From an uncultured Clostridia bacterium (GTDB lineage: Bacteria > Bacillota > Clostridia > Christensenellales > UBA1242): a stretch of 64,000 nt of DNA. How positions within the stretch are numbered: position 1 is the first letter of the stretch; each line of letters starts with the position of its first letter. The notes beneath the pieces are model-generated. The model saw only the letters and a list, made by a program, of their open reading frames with translations, was not told where the DNA came from and ran no database searches. Location of the stretch: positions 1,970-65,969 of the forward strand of contig CAMEJD010000008.1 of NCBI GenBank assembly GCA_945919375.1, read 5' to 3'. This document shows, in pieces, positions 1-10,852 of the stretch. A program made the translations under genes and the position numbers.

Positions 1-1813
1 TGTCAACTTCGTCGTTTGATAAAGTATTCCCTGCTTTTACTGCCGCTTTACATGCCATTGTTGCAATCATTCGTCTTACAATTTCATTTGGCTTTTTTAC
101 TTTTGTGTTCATATCACCTAAAACATCATCAAAATACTCTTTAAGATTAACATTTTGAATTAGCATTGGAATACTTGAAATTTTGTAACTGTTACTACCA
201 AAATATTCAATATCAAAGCCATATGACCTTAATAATCCTAAATTATTTTCAAGGTATTCTTGTTCTTTGTTATTAACATTCAAAATATAAGGGACAAGCA
301 AGTTTTGAACCATAATATCATTGTTTTCTACCTGCTTCATAAATTTGTCAAACAAAAATCTTTCATGACCAGCATGTTGGTCAATTAAATATAGGTTATC
401 ATCTTTTTCAACAATTATATATGTTTTAAATGCAATGCCAATTACTTTTTTTTGAGAATCAAAAAGTTTTTGATATGTTACTTGCTCTTTTTGTTCTTTG
501 ATTTCATTTTGTAACGACTCATTTATTTTTTGTTTTTCTTCTATATTTGAATCAGTAAAAATATAAGTTTCTTTTGGAGTATAAATTTGTGATGACTGAT
601 TATTTGAAGTTGTTGTCTTTGCATAGTTTGAAATATTGTCATTATAGTTTATTTCAGATTCATAAGTGTCATTATTTTTTTCACTATAATTTTCAGTTTG
701 TTTCTGTTCTTCATCAGAAAAACTTATACCTTCATCTTTTTCAACTTTGTTAAAAATTGGTGTTTCATCAAAAGAAGTAAAACCACTTGATGAATATTTT
801 TCATCATCAAGCGCTTCAACAATATGTGTTTGTTTTGATAGTGCCAAAAATACAGCATCATTAAACAGCCCATAAATGTGTTGCGAGTTTTCGAACTTTA
901 CTTCTAATTTGTTTGGGTGAACATTTACATCAACACAATTTGTTGGCAAATCTAGAAACAGGATATATACCGGGAATTTTCCTTTCATCATAAAGTTTTC
1001 ATATGCCCTTGAAATGCTTGCACTAATCAACTGATTTATGCAATATCTATTGTTGACAAAAAGTGATTGATATGTTCTGTTGTTTTTTGAATGTGTTGGC
1101 TTTGAAATATAACCATATATATGATAGTCGTCTTTTTTATAGTCAATTTCTATCATATTTTCAGCGATATCCTTACCGTATATTGTATATATAATGTCTA
1201 GCAAACTACAATTTGTTGTGTTATACACCATTTTATCATCAACAATATATTTAAAACTTATATCTTTGTGTGAAAGCATAAGTTTTTCAACATAACTTGT
1301 TATATCATTTTCTTCTGTCTTGTTTTTTCGCAAAAACTTTGCTCTTGCGGGTGTGTTAAAGAATAGATTTGTTACTTTGATATTTGTACCTGTATTGCAC
1401 GCAATTTCGCTTAAAGAGATTTCTTCTCCACCTTGCATAACAATTTTATTACCAATATCATCATCACAAGTTTTTGTTGTGAGTTCAACCTTGCTTACAG
1501 CACAAATACTTGCAAGTGCTTCACCCCTAAACCCCATTGTTTGCAAATTATACAAATCGTCAATGTCTTTTAACTTACTTGTTGCATGTGGCAAAAATGC
1601 TAATTTGAGTTGGTCTTTCTTTATGCCAATTCCATCATCTAAAATTGATATTAGGGTCGTTCCACCACCTTTAATTTCAATGGTTATATTTTTTGCTTTG
1701 GCATCAATTGAATTTTCTACAAGTTCTTTTACTATTGATGCTGGTTTTTCAACGACTTCGCCCGCAGCAATTTTGCCCCACACTGATTTATCAAGTAATT
1801 TTATATCAGCCAT
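1..1813 (-). CDS. mutL: DNA mismatch repair endonuclease MutL (3' end runs off the window)
   Basis: Translated by hand (not in ORF track): MADIKLLDKSVWGKIAAGEVVEKPASIVKELVENSIDA, GFRGEAL, endonuclease motif DQHAGHER, MACKAAVK. Directly downstream of mutS. Confidence 0.95.
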   Translation of the reverse strand, partial: MADIKLLDKSVWGKIAAGEVVEKPASIVKELVENSIDAKAKNITIEIKGGGTTLISILDDGIGIKKDQLKLAFLPHATSKLKDIDDLYNLQTMGFRGEALASICAVSKVELTTKTCDDDIGNKIVMQGGEEISLSEIACNTGTNIKVTNLFFNTPARAKFLRKNKTEENDITSYVEKLMLSHKDISFKYIVDDKMVYNTTNCSLLDIIYTIYGKDIAENMIEIDYKKDDYHIYGYISKPTHSKNNRTYQSLFVNNRYCINQLISASISRAYENFMMKGKFPVYILFLDLPTNCVDVNVHPNKLEVKFENSQHIYGLFNDAVFLALSKQTHIVEALDDEKYSSSGFTSFDETPIFNKVEKDEGISFSDEEQKQTENYSEKNNDTYESEINYNDNISNYAKTTTSNNQSSQIYTPKETYIFTDSNIEEKQKINESLQNEIKEQKEQVTYQKLFDSQKKVIGIAFKTYIIVEKDDNLYLIDQHAGHERFLFDKFMKQVENNDIMVQNLLVPYILNVNNKEQEYLENNLGLLRSYGFDIEYFGSNSYKISSIPMLIQNVNLKEYFDDVLGDMNTKVKKPNEIVRRMIATMACKAAVKAGNTLSNDEVD

Positions 1814-1822
1814 TTTTTCTCC

Positions 1823-4447
1823 TTATTTTTTAACTCTTTCCACCAAGTCGCATAATGTTTCAAAAGCAGAAATTGGTGTCATTTTATTTATATCCAAATC
1901 TTTTAATATGCCAACTATTTGAGTATAGTTTACATCTTTTTCTTTTGTTTCTTCTGTATCAACATTGTCAATGATAAATTTCTTTGTTGAATCATTTTTT
2001 TCAAGTGCAATTGAAATTTGTTTTGCCCTTTCAATTATCTCTTGTTTTACTCCAGCAAGTGCAGCAACTTCAATACCAAAACTTTTTGAAGTACTTCCCC
2101 TAACTATTTTACGCAAAAATACAATGTTGCCATTCAATTCTTTTACTGCAATTTTGTAATTTTTTACGCCTTCAATAAAGTTTTCTAATTCAGTTAGTTC
2201 GTGATAGTGTGTCGAAAATAATGTTTTTACTTTCATATTCTTTGATAGATACTCAACAACTGCCCAAGCAATTGATAATCCATCAAAAGTGCTTGTACCC
2301 CTGCCGATTTCGTCCAATATGATAAGACTATTATTTGTTGCATTGTCCATAATATTTGCAACTTCCATCATTTCAACCATAAAGGTTGATTGACCCTGTG
2401 ATAAATCATCACTTGCACCAACTCTTGTAAAAATTCTGTCTGTCAAAGATATCTCTGCATATTTTGCAGGAACAAATGAACCAATATGTGCCATAAGAGT
2501 AATAAGTGCAACTTGACGCATATATGTACTCTTTCCCGCCATATTTGGCCCGGTAATTATCATTGTTCTATCATTTTCTGTGTCAAGATAGGTATCATTT
2601 GGGATAAATTGATTGCCTTTAAACAAGTCTTCAATAACAGGATGTCTACCATCTACTATTTTAATGTCTTTTACTTTACCACTAATAACAGGCTTTGTAT
2701 AATTGTTTTTTATTGCAAGTTCACTTAATGCAAGAATAGAATCAAGTGTTGCAATTGCTTTTGCTGTTGTTTGCAAATTTACCAAATTATCTAACAGCAT
2801 TTTTCTTATATCGGCAAAAATCTGTTGCTCAAGTTTGATAGATGCTTCTTCACTTCCCAAAATTTTTTCTTCAAGAGCTTTTAATTCCTGTGTTATAAAT
2901 CTTTCATTATTTGCAACGGTTTGTTTCCTTATATAATTTAGTGGAACATTTGAAACAAGTGATTTGTTGACTTCTATATAATATCCGTAGACTTTGTTGT
3001 AGGAAACTTTTAAGTTTTTTATGCCAGTTGTTTCTCTTTGTTCCGCTTCATAATTTGCTATCCATGTTTTCCCCAACACATAAGCATCTTTCAATTCGTC
3101 AAGTTCTTTGTTATAACCTTTTTTGATGAATCCACCATTCGTTGTTAAAAATGGAGGCTCATCCACAATTGCATTATTTAAAGTATTATATACATTGGTA
3201 AAATCACTTATTTTGGAATCAATATCAATAATCAATTCACTTTTAAGCGAACCAATTTGTTCTTTTATTGATGGTATAAGGGCAAGTGTGTTACAAAGCC
3301 CCAAACAATCCTTTGGTGTAAAATTTCCATATGCAATTCTGCCGGAGATTCTCTCAATATCGTTACATTTTGACAAAAGAGATGTAAGATTATCTCTTAT
3401 TAGTAATTTTGAGCACAATTCTTCAACACTATCCAGCCTTAAGTTAATTCCCTTTGAATCATACAATGGTTGTTCAATCCAAGATTTTAAAAGTCGTGCA
3501 CCCATTGATGTTTTTGTTTTATCCATTACACCAATAAGCGAACCTTTTTTCTTTCTATCACGCATTGTTTCAAGAATTTCAAGGTTTCGTCTTGTGTTGA
3601 TATCTAGCACCATAAACTTTTTATTTTCAAGTTTTTGAATTCTATTTATATGACTTAAATCTCTTTTTTGAGTAAGTTTTACATATCCAAACAAAACTCC
3701 ACATGCAATTATTTCATCTTTTTGTTTTAGTTCAAATTTAGTTTGATAATCTTTTCCAAATTGCATACAAAGTTGCATATCTGCATAAGACATATTATAA
3801 TTTTCAACATATTTATATGTAAAACTTGGGATAAGTCCCGATTTCCTTACTGTCAAAGTATTTTCAAAACTTTCATCGCAATTTGCAAGAATTTCGCTTG
3901 GCATAATTCTTACCAAGATATCGTTAAGTTCTTTATTCTTTTCTTCGCCTTTAATTTCACATGCTTTAAACTCACCCGTTGTTATATCGAGATATGCAAT
4001 ACCTATTGAATTGTCGGTAACATTTATGCACGCAATATAGTTATTAGATTTTTCATCAAGCAATGTTTCATCAATAACTGTTCCGGGAGTCACAATTCTA
4101 ACAACATCTCTTTGTACAATTTCCTTTGCACTTGTTTTATTTTTTGGGTCAGTTGTCTGTTCACAAATTGCAACCTTGTATCCTTTTGACAACAACTTAT
4201 TTATATAGCCATCGGCAGCATGATAAGGAATGCCACACATAGGTGCTCTTGATTCAAGTCCACAATCTTTTCCTGTTAATGTTAAATCAAGAACCCTTGA
4301 CATTTCAATGGCATCGTCAAAGAAAAACTCATAAAAATCGCCCAGTCTATAAAACAAAACTGTGTCGGGATATTCCATCTTTGTACGCACATATTGAATC
4401 ATCATTGGTGTGCATTTTTTTTCATCCAATATCTTTTGTAAATCCAT
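1823..4447 (-). CDS. mutS: DNA mismatch repair protein MutS
   Basis: TPMMIQY, FYRLGDFYE mismatch-binding motif, Walker A GPNMAGKST, DEIGRGTST. Confidence 0.97.
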   Translation of the reverse strand: MDLQKILDEKKCTPMMIQYVRTKMEYPDTVLFYRLGDFYEFFFDDAIEMSRVLDLTLTGKDCGLESRAPMCGIPYHAADGYINKLLSKGYKVAICEQTTDPKNKTSAKEIVQRDVVRIVTPGTVIDETLLDEKSNNYIACINVTDNSIGIAYLDITTGEFKACEIKGEEKNKELNDILVRIMPSEILANCDESFENTLTVRKSGLIPSFTYKYVENYNMSYADMQLCMQFGKDYQTKFELKQKDEIIACGVLFGYVKLTQKRDLSHINRIQKLENKKFMVLDINTRRNLEILETMRDRKKKGSLIGVMDKTKTSMGARLLKSWIEQPLYDSKGINLRLDSVEELCSKLLIRDNLTSLLSKCNDIERISGRIAYGNFTPKDCLGLCNTLALIPSIKEQIGSLKSELIIDIDSKISDFTNVYNTLNNAIVDEPPFLTTNGGFIKKGYNKELDELKDAYVLGKTWIANYEAEQRETTGIKNLKVSYNKVYGYYIEVNKSLVSNVPLNYIRKQTVANNERFITQELKALEEKILGSEEASIKLEQQIFADIRKMLLDNLVNLQTTAKAIATLDSILALSELAIKNNYTKPVISGKVKDIKIVDGRHPVIEDLFKGNQFIPNDTYLDTENDRTMIITGPNMAGKSTYMRQVALITLMAHIGSFVPAKYAEISLTDRIFTRVGASDDLSQGQSTFMVEMMEVANIMDNATNNSLIILDEIGRGTSTFDGLSIAWAVVEYLSKNMKVKTLFSTHYHELTELENFIEGVKNYKIAVKELNGNIVFLRKIVRGSTSKSFGIEVAALAGVKQEIIERAKQISIALEKNDSTKKFIIDNVDTEETKEKDVNYTQIVGILKDLDINKMTPISAFETLCDLVERVKK

Positions 4448-5577
4448 TATTTATCCTTTTTTTGTGATTTAATTTCTTTTTCCAAATCTAGCAAATAATT
4501 AACTCGCCTATTTTTTTCACATTCTTCAACTTGGTCAGGCATTTTTTCGGCAACTGTACCACTTCTTTTTGAGTACATAAAAGCAAAAATTCCGTCATAT
4601 TTTACTTTTTTTACAAGTTCACAAGTGCTCATAAAATCTTCATCTGTTTCCCCCGGGAAACCAACAATAATATCCGTTGTAATTCTTATATTTGGCATCT
4701 CTTTTCTCAATTTTCCAATAAGTTCAAGATAATGCTCAACGGTGTAATGCCTATTCATAGCCTTTAAGATTTTATTACTTCCGCTTTGTACCGGCAAATG
4801 AATTTCTTTTATTATCTTATCGTTATTTTTCATAACATCAATAAGTTCATCACTCAAATCTTTTGGATGCGATGTCATAAATGTTAGTTTAAAATCGCCA
4901 TCCAATTTGCATATATCATCAAGGAGTTCTGCAAAAGTGCCTTGATTTTTATCATCATTGCCATAAGAATTCACATTTTGACCGAGCAAAGTTATTGTTT
5001 TATAGGTGTTTGTTGCTATAACCTCTTTTATTTCATTTAAGATATCTTGCTTACTTCTGCTAACTTCTCTACCCCTAACGTAAGGGACAATGCAGTATGT
5101 ACAAAAATTATTACATCCATACATAATGTTTACCCAAGCATTGTCGCCACTTGTTCGATATGCATTTACACCTTCGTGAATATCTCCACTTTCCATATAG
5201 TCAAGAATTCTTTTCTTTTCTTTTTGCTTTCTTTCTATAAGCGATTTTAGCATAAATAAGTTGTGAGTTCCAAGAACAATATCAACAAATGGAAAAGTTT
5301 TGAATACATAGTCGGCCACTTGTTTTTGTTGTGTCATACAACCACAAACAATAATAATCTTATCTTTGTTTTGTTTTTTTGATTTCTTTAATGCGCCAAT
5401 ATTCCCAAAAGCCCTATTTTCAGCACCTTCTCTTATTGCACAAGTATTGAAAACAACAATATCTGCCTTTTCTCTATCTTCAGTATGTTTGTATCCCATT
5501 TCTTCTAGTATGCCAGCGATTTTTTCAGATTCATGAACATTCATTTGGCATCCGTATGTAACAATATTATATAGCAT
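4447..5577 (-). CDS. miaB: tRNA methylthiotransferase MiaB lacking the C-terminal TRAM domain
   Basis: YGCQMN, NTCAIRE, radical-SAM CNNFCTYC; miaB-mutS-mutL synteny; only 376 aa. Confidence 0.88.
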   Translation of the reverse strand: MLYNIVTYGCQMNVHESEKIAGILEEMGYKHTEDREKADIVVFNTCAIREGAENRAFGNIGALKKSKKQNKDKIIIVCGCMTQQKQVADYVFKTFPFVDIVLGTHNLFMLKSLIERKQKEKKRILDYMESGDIHEGVNAYRTSGDNAWVNIMYGCNNFCTYCIVPYVRGREVSRSKQDILNEIKEVIATNTYKTITLLGQNVNSYGNDDKNQGTFAELLDDICKLDGDFKLTFMTSHPKDLSDELIDVMKNNDKIIKEIHLPVQSGSNKILKAMNRHYTVEHYLELIGKLRKEMPNIRITTDIIVGFPGETDEDFMSTCELVKKVKYDGIFAFMYSKRSGTVAEKMPDQVEECEKNRRVNYLLDLEKEIKSQKKDK

Positions 5578-5744
5578 TTTTTATCCTTTTTTACAAATAC
5601 CATAATAACACAAACAATACCTAATTTACAATAAAAATTCCCTATTTTGTGTACTAAATATATTTGTTAATATATTTTGTTCTCTTGCTTTTGAATATTT
5701 TAGTCGGTGTATAATTACAAGATATATACTCATAATAAAAGTAT

Positions 5745-7955
5745 ATGAAAAAGGTAGCAAAACACATTTTTTTATCTAGCATACTTTTTATTGTTGCAAT
5801 TTTTTTGATTGCAATTATTATCATAAGTGGTCTTTACATATTCTCGAATAAAACACAGTTTGACATAAACAAAATAAAAAATTCCAGCATAAGCTTTGAA
5901 ATTTACGACAACCAAAACAGAAGAATAAAAGATGAATGTCTTTTGGGGAGTTTTATAAAGTTAAACACACTTCATTCATACACAAAAGATGCTTTTATCT
6001 CAATTGAAGATAAAAACTTTTATAAGCATAATGGATTAAACTATAAAAGAATGGTAAAAGCAATGTTAAAGAATATATCATCATTTAGTTTAAAGGAAGG
6101 TGCTTCCACAATAAGCCAACAATTGATAAAAAACACTCACCTTACGAACAAAAAAACATTTTCAAGAAAAATTAACGAGATTGCCTTAACAAAAAAGCTC
6201 GAGCACACCCTATCAAAAGACGAAATACTTGAATATTATCTTAACATAATATACTTTGGTGACAATTGCTATGGTATTGAAAATGCAAGCAGGCATTATT
6301 TTTCAAAAAATGCAAAAGATTTATCAATTGAAGAAAGTGCAACACTTGCCGGACTTATCAAGTCACCAAACACTTATTCCCCAACAAAAAATATTCAAAA
6401 GACAAGAAGTAGAAGGAATGTTGTTCTTGGCGAAATGTTCAAAGATAACAAAATTACTTTTAATGAATATAACACCGCTATTTCCTTGCCAATCAATGTA
6501 AAAATTTCAGTAAATAACGAAAACACTTTGAATACATATACACAAGCAACAATAGACGAAGCGACACAAATCTTAAAAATGCCAGCAAAACAAATTGCTA
6601 TTGGAGAATATAAAATTTATAGCAATATGGACAAAAACAAACAGGACAAGTTGCAAAAATCACTTTCCTACTATGACAATGGAAGTGATTATGCAGGAAT
6701 TTCAATTAACAATTCAAAAAAAGTAATTGAAGCATATTATGCAAAATCAAATGTAAAGTTACTAAATGCAAAAAGACAACCCGGTTCATGCATAAAACCA
6801 ATTTTGGTTTATACGCCAGCATTAAATGAAAATTTAATATCTCCTCTTACGCAAATAAACGATGAACCAATTAACATAAATGGGTATTCGCCAAATAATA
6901 TTGGTGGTAAGTTTGTAGGATACACAAGTATACGAAACTGTGTGTCAAAATCTCTTAATATACCTGCAGTAAAAGTATTAAGTTATGTTGGAATAAACAA
7001 GGCGAAATCTTATGCAACAAAATGTGGAATCGTTTTTGACGAGAATGACCAAAGTCTATCACTTGCTTTGGGTGGACTTACCTATGGGGTTAGTTTAAAA
7101 GATTTAACGAATTCTTATACGACTCTTGCCAATTATGGAAAATTTACACAAGCAAAATTTATTAACTATATTACCGACAACAATGGAAAGATAATCTATC
7201 ACTATTCACCACAAGAAAAGATTGTTTTTAGAGATGATAGTGCGTACCTTATGACAGATATACTAAAAACATGTGCAAAATCAGGAACTGGTCGAAAGTT
7301 AGGAAATCTTGATTTTGAGGTTGCAACAAAGACAGGAACTGTTGGGAAAAAAGAAAACACTGATGCATATAATATTTCTTACACTTCTCAAGATACAGTT
7401 GGTATCTGGCTTGGAAATGCTGACAATTCACCAATTGAAACAGTTGGTGGAGCAATCCCAACCGACATAACAAAAATGTATCTTGCAGAGATATATAAGA
7501 ACTCAAAGCCAAAAGATTTTGACATTCCCAACTCTATATATGAAGAAAAGATTGACACATTGGCACTAAATAGCGAACATGTTGTATACAAAGCATCTTC
7601 GTTTATTCCGGAAAAATACCAAATTATTGAACGATTTTCAAAATTTAATCAACCAAAAGAAAAAATAATTGATAAGATTTGTATAAAAACTCCAACACTT
7701 AATGGGAAAGTTGAAAATAAAACTGCTTATTTATCTTTTTATGCATATGATTATTTAATATATGAAATTTACAAAGAAGAAAATGGCAATGACTTTTTAC
7801 TAAGCACAATAACAAACACTGCGGGCTTATGTGAACAAAAATTTGATCTAAACAAAAGGACAAAATTTTTTGTAGTCACAAAACTAAAAAATTACGCTGA
7901 CAATACAGAGATTATCAGCGATAAAAGTAATATTATTGAATTGTTGGCGAACTAA
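5745..7955 (+). CDS. Class A penicillin-binding protein (transglycosylase/transpeptidase, PBP1A family)
   Basis: N-terminal TM helix, IEDKNF and [12 protein letters not shown] transglycosylase motifs, SxxK (SCIK), SLN, KTG. Confidence 0.92.
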   Translation: MKKVAKHIFLSSILFIVAIFLIAIIIISGLYIFSNKTQFDINKIKNSSISFEIYDNQNRRIKDECLLGSFIKLNTLHSYTKDAFISIEDKNFYKHNGLNYKRMVKAMLKNISSFSLKEGASTISQQLIKNTHLTNKKTFSRKINEIALTKKLEHTLSKDEILEYYLNIIYFGDNCYGIENASRHYFSKNAKDLSIEESATLAGLIKSPNTYSPTKNIQKTRSRRNVVLGEMFKDNKITFNEYNTAISLPINVKISVNNENTLNTYTQATIDEATQILKMPAKQIAIGEYKIYSNMDKNKQDKLQKSLSYYDNGSDYAGISINNSKKVIEAYYAKSNVKLLNAKRQPGSCIKPILVYTPALNENLISPLTQINDEPININGYSPNNIGGKFVGYTSIRNCVSKSLNIPAVKVLSYVGINKAKSYATKCGIVFDENDQSLSLALGGLTYGVSLKDLTNSYTTLANYGKFTQAKFINYITDNNGKIIYHYSPQEKIVFRDDSAYLMTDILKTCAKSGTGRKLGNLDFEVATKTGTVGKKENTDAYNISYTSQDTVGIWLGNADNSPIETVGGAIPTDITKMYLAEIYKNSKPKDFDIPNSIYEEKIDTLALNSEHVVYKASSFIPEKYQIIERFSKFNQPKEKIIDKICIKTPTLNGKVENKTAYLSFYAYDYLIYEIYKEENGNDFLLSTITNTAGLCEQKFDLNKRTKFFVVTKLKNYADNTEIISDKSNIIELLAN

Positions 7956-8938
7956 ACACCTGCCTTTTTACGAACTTGCATTTCAATTTCTTCCATAACA
8001 TCTGGATGCTCTTCAAGATATTGCTTTGCATTTTCTCTTCCTTGCCCTATCTTTTCATCGTTATAAGCAAACCATGAACCTGTTTTTTGACAAATTCCCA
8101 TTTCGGTTGCCATATCAAGGATGCAACCTGTTTTTGAAATGCCCTTTCCATATATAATATCAAATTCAACAGTCTTAAATGGCGGAGCAAGTTTATTTTT
8201 TACAATTTTAATCTTTGTTCTGTTTCCAACAATTGCGTCACCATTTTTTATTGAATCAACTTTTCTTACATCCATTCTTATACTTGCATAAAACTTAAGA
8301 GCCTTTCCTCCTGCAGTTGTTTCTGGGTTACCAAACATAACCCCGATTTTTTCACGAAGTTGGTTAATAAAAATTACAGACGTCTTGCTTTTGTTTGCAA
8401 TACCTGCAAGTTTTCTCAATGCTTGGCTCATAAGTCTTGCTTGAAGCCCAACATGATTATCTCCCATATCACCATCAATTTCTGCCTTTGGTGTTAATGC
8501 AGCAACAGAGTCAACAACAACAACATCAACCGCTGCCGTTCTAACCAATGTGTCACAAATATCCAATGCTTGTTCTCCGTTGTCCGGTTGAGAAACATAT
8601 AATTCCTCAACATTAACACCCAATTTTTCAGCATAAAGTGGGTCTAACGCATGTTCTGCATCAATAAAAGCAGCAGTTCCTCCAAGTTTTTGTGCTTCAG
8701 CAATTATGTGCAAAGCACTTGTTGTTTTACCAGAACTTTCTGGTCCATAAATTTCAATAATTCTGCCCCTAGGAATTCCACCGACTCCCAAAGCAATATC
8801 AAGTGGCAAGCAACCAGTTGGAATAACATCAATCTTTTGAACAGGGGCATCCCCCATTCTCATAATTGCACCTTTACCAAATTGTTTTTCAATTTGAAGA
8901 ATTGCTTGATCTAAAAGTTTCTTTTTACTATCGTCCAT
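7952..8938 (-). CDS. recA: Recombinase RecA
   Basis: [36 protein letters not shown]. Confidence 0.99.
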   Translation of the reverse strand: MDDSKKKLLDQAILQIEKQFGKGAIMRMGDAPVQKIDVIPTGCLPLDIALGVGGIPRGRIIEIYGPESSGKTTSALHIIAEAQKLGGTAAFIDAEHALDPLYAEKLGVNVEELYVSQPDNGEQALDICDTLVRTAAVDVVVVDSVAALTPKAEIDGDMGDNHVGLQARLMSQALRKLAGIANKSKTSVIFINQLREKIGVMFGNPETTAGGKALKFYASIRMDVRKVDSIKNGDAIVGNRTKIKIVKNKLAPPFKTVEFDIIYGKGISKTGCILDMATEMGICQKTGSWFAYNDEKIGQGRENAKQYLEEHPDVMEEIEMQVRKKAGV

Positions 8939-9004
8939 CTTTCCTCCAAAACTATAGATATATTATATAATACTTTTGCAAAATTTCCTAACAAAAACCA
9001 TAAT

Positions 9005-10219
9005 TTATATAGTATTTTTATCTAAATGAAAATCATTCTTTTTTAACTTTTTAATTAGATAAAAATAACTTGAAACCGTTGCAGAGTCTATAATGTTTTT
9101 ATAATTACCTTTAAAAGTATTTTTGTATACATGAATTTCATTCCTATCGCCAACAGCGATATAGCAAAGTCCATTTTGTGAATTACCTTTTGCCGTAAAC
9201 TTTCCAACATTTGCAACAACAATATCGGCGGTTGAACTTTTTAACAAGTTAACTGCCATTTGATAAACTACATTTGGAGTAACTTCACCTTGAGAATTTA
9301 TTGTTGAGTTATCAATTCCAAGAGTTGTTATCTTTGACTCTATATTTGGCACAACAATGCTTTTGTCAATATAATTAACTGCATCTTCTGCTTGTTTTGT
9401 TAAATTTTCACAAAGCGCCCCACAAGTTATGTCTTCAGCAAAACTAACCTTTACTTCATTTAATTTTAAAAGATTGTAAACAACTTTTTCAATTGGGATA
9501 TCTTCAACCGAATAAATATACTTATCTAATTTTAAGAATACATTTTTTGCAATTTCGTCAAGTTCTTTATTGGTGTCTATTGATTTTAACACAATATCAA
9601 CTTCCATTGGCTTTTCAAATAAGTTGATACTTACTTTGCTTTTATTCTTGATTTCAGGTTCAATTAACTTTGTAATAAAATCAATTCCAAGCCCAAAAGA
9701 TTTGAAAGTGTAACTGCGATATTTTTTCTTTTGTTCCTTTAAAATATAATCCAAAACAACATCATCAAACATAACTCTTGCTTCATCATAGATATTTGGC
9801 AAAACACAATATATTGTATTATTATGCTCAAGTATATACCCTTGTGTTGTATTCATTGGATTTATTATTGCTTGTGCTTGAGATGGCATTTTCCATTCAT
9901 TTTCAACATCCTTTTCCATTGGTTGATTAAGTTTTTTGTAATGTTCAAAAATTGAATTTTTTGCATATGGGTTGTCTATTATTACATTTCTTGTCAAGTC
10001 ACAAATATATTGATTCAAATTATTACAAGACCTATCTACTAAAAATAGTTGTATTTCATTTTCATCCACACACTTTGAAAAATTGGCAGTGTATCCAACA
10101 ACACACTGCTTATCGGTTTTTATATTATTCTTAAAAAAGCATTCAGCAATATAGGCAGAAAGCAAATTTATTTGTTTACCCATAAGTGCTTTATCCGAAA
10201 TAGTATATATACTAACCAT
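9005..10219 (-). CDS. cinA: CinA-like competence/damage-inducible protein with degenerate catalytic motifs
   Basis: Position between pgsA and recA, ~400 aa, recognisable C-terminal PncC-like segment (VSFAEDITCG, GLCYIAVG); canonical motifs are substituted. Confidence 0.8.
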   Translation of the reverse strand: MVSIYTISDKALMGKQINLLSAYIAECFFKNNIKTDKQCVVGYTANFSKCVDENEIQLFLVDRSCNNLNQYICDLTRNVIIDNPYAKNSIFEHYKKLNQPMEKDVENEWKMPSQAQAIINPMNTTQGYILEHNNTIYCVLPNIYDEARVMFDDVVLDYILKEQKKKYRSYTFKSFGLGIDFITKLIEPEIKNKSKVSINLFEKPMEVDIVLKSIDTNKELDEIAKNVFLKLDKYIYSVEDIPIEKVVYNLLKLNEVKVSFAEDITCGALCENLTKQAEDAVNYIDKSIVVPNIESKITTLGIDNSTINSQGEVTPNVVYQMAVNLLKSSTADIVVANVGKFTAKGNSQNGLCYIAVGDRNEIHVYKNTFKGNYKNIIDSATVSSYFYLIKKLKKNDFHLDKNTI

Positions 10220-10243
10220 TTTTCCTCTTGTATTTACCTTTGA

Positions 10244-10852
10244 TTATTCTTCAGTTTTTTTATCTTTTGTTAGAACATCTTTATTTTTTATCATATAGTT
10301 AAGCATTGACCAAATATTAAGCACAACTCCAATGCCTATAACTACATAACATACAATGCTATAAACTAACATAAAGATTTCAAATTTTTGTGCTGTAAAC
10401 ATAATATTAAAATATGAAAGTAACATAAGCATTGCAACGGCAACATCAATAACTGCCGCTTTTATTTTCCCCAATTTGTCGGCAGCCATAACAAAATTTT
10501 TTGAGGCAGCAATTTGCCTAAATGCAGAAATTACCATATCTCTTCCCGTAATCAAAACTGCAACAATAATGCCATATGGATTTGGTATCGTTCCATCAAC
10601 AACAACCAAAAGCAAACTTGCAAAAATCAAAATTTTGTCTGCATTTGTGTCAAGAAGCTTTCCAAGGTCTGTTACCATATTATATTTCCTTGCGATTTTG
10701 CCATCCAGCATATCTGTGTAGATTGCCAAAACGAAAAGCCCCAAGGCCACCAATTTGCCCCACACCCAAAAATTTTGCATATACATAAACATAATTATTG
10801 GAATAAGGCAAATTCTTATTATGCTTAATTTGTTTGGTAAGTTTAATTTCAT
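10244..10852 (-). CDS. pgsA: CDP-diacylglycerol--glycerol-3-phosphate 3-phosphatidyltransferase
   Basis: NLPNKLS and TDMLDGKIARK...GKLLDTNADK CDP-alcohol phosphotransferase motif. Confidence 0.95.
   Translation of the reverse strand: MKLNLPNKLSIIRICLIPIIMFMYMQNFWVWGKLVALGLFVLAIYTDMLDGKIARKYNMVTDLGKLLDTNADKILIFASLLLVVVDGTIPNPYGIIVAVLITGRDMVISAFRQIAASKNFVMAADKLGKIKAAVIDVAVAMLMLLSYFNIMFTAQKFEIFMLVYSIVCYVVIGIGVVLNIWSMLNYMIKNKDVLTKDKKTEE

Noticed and set aside
8939-9004. LexA (Cheo) box upstream of recA
   Set aside because: No GAAC-N4-GTTC match is visible in the intergenic region.
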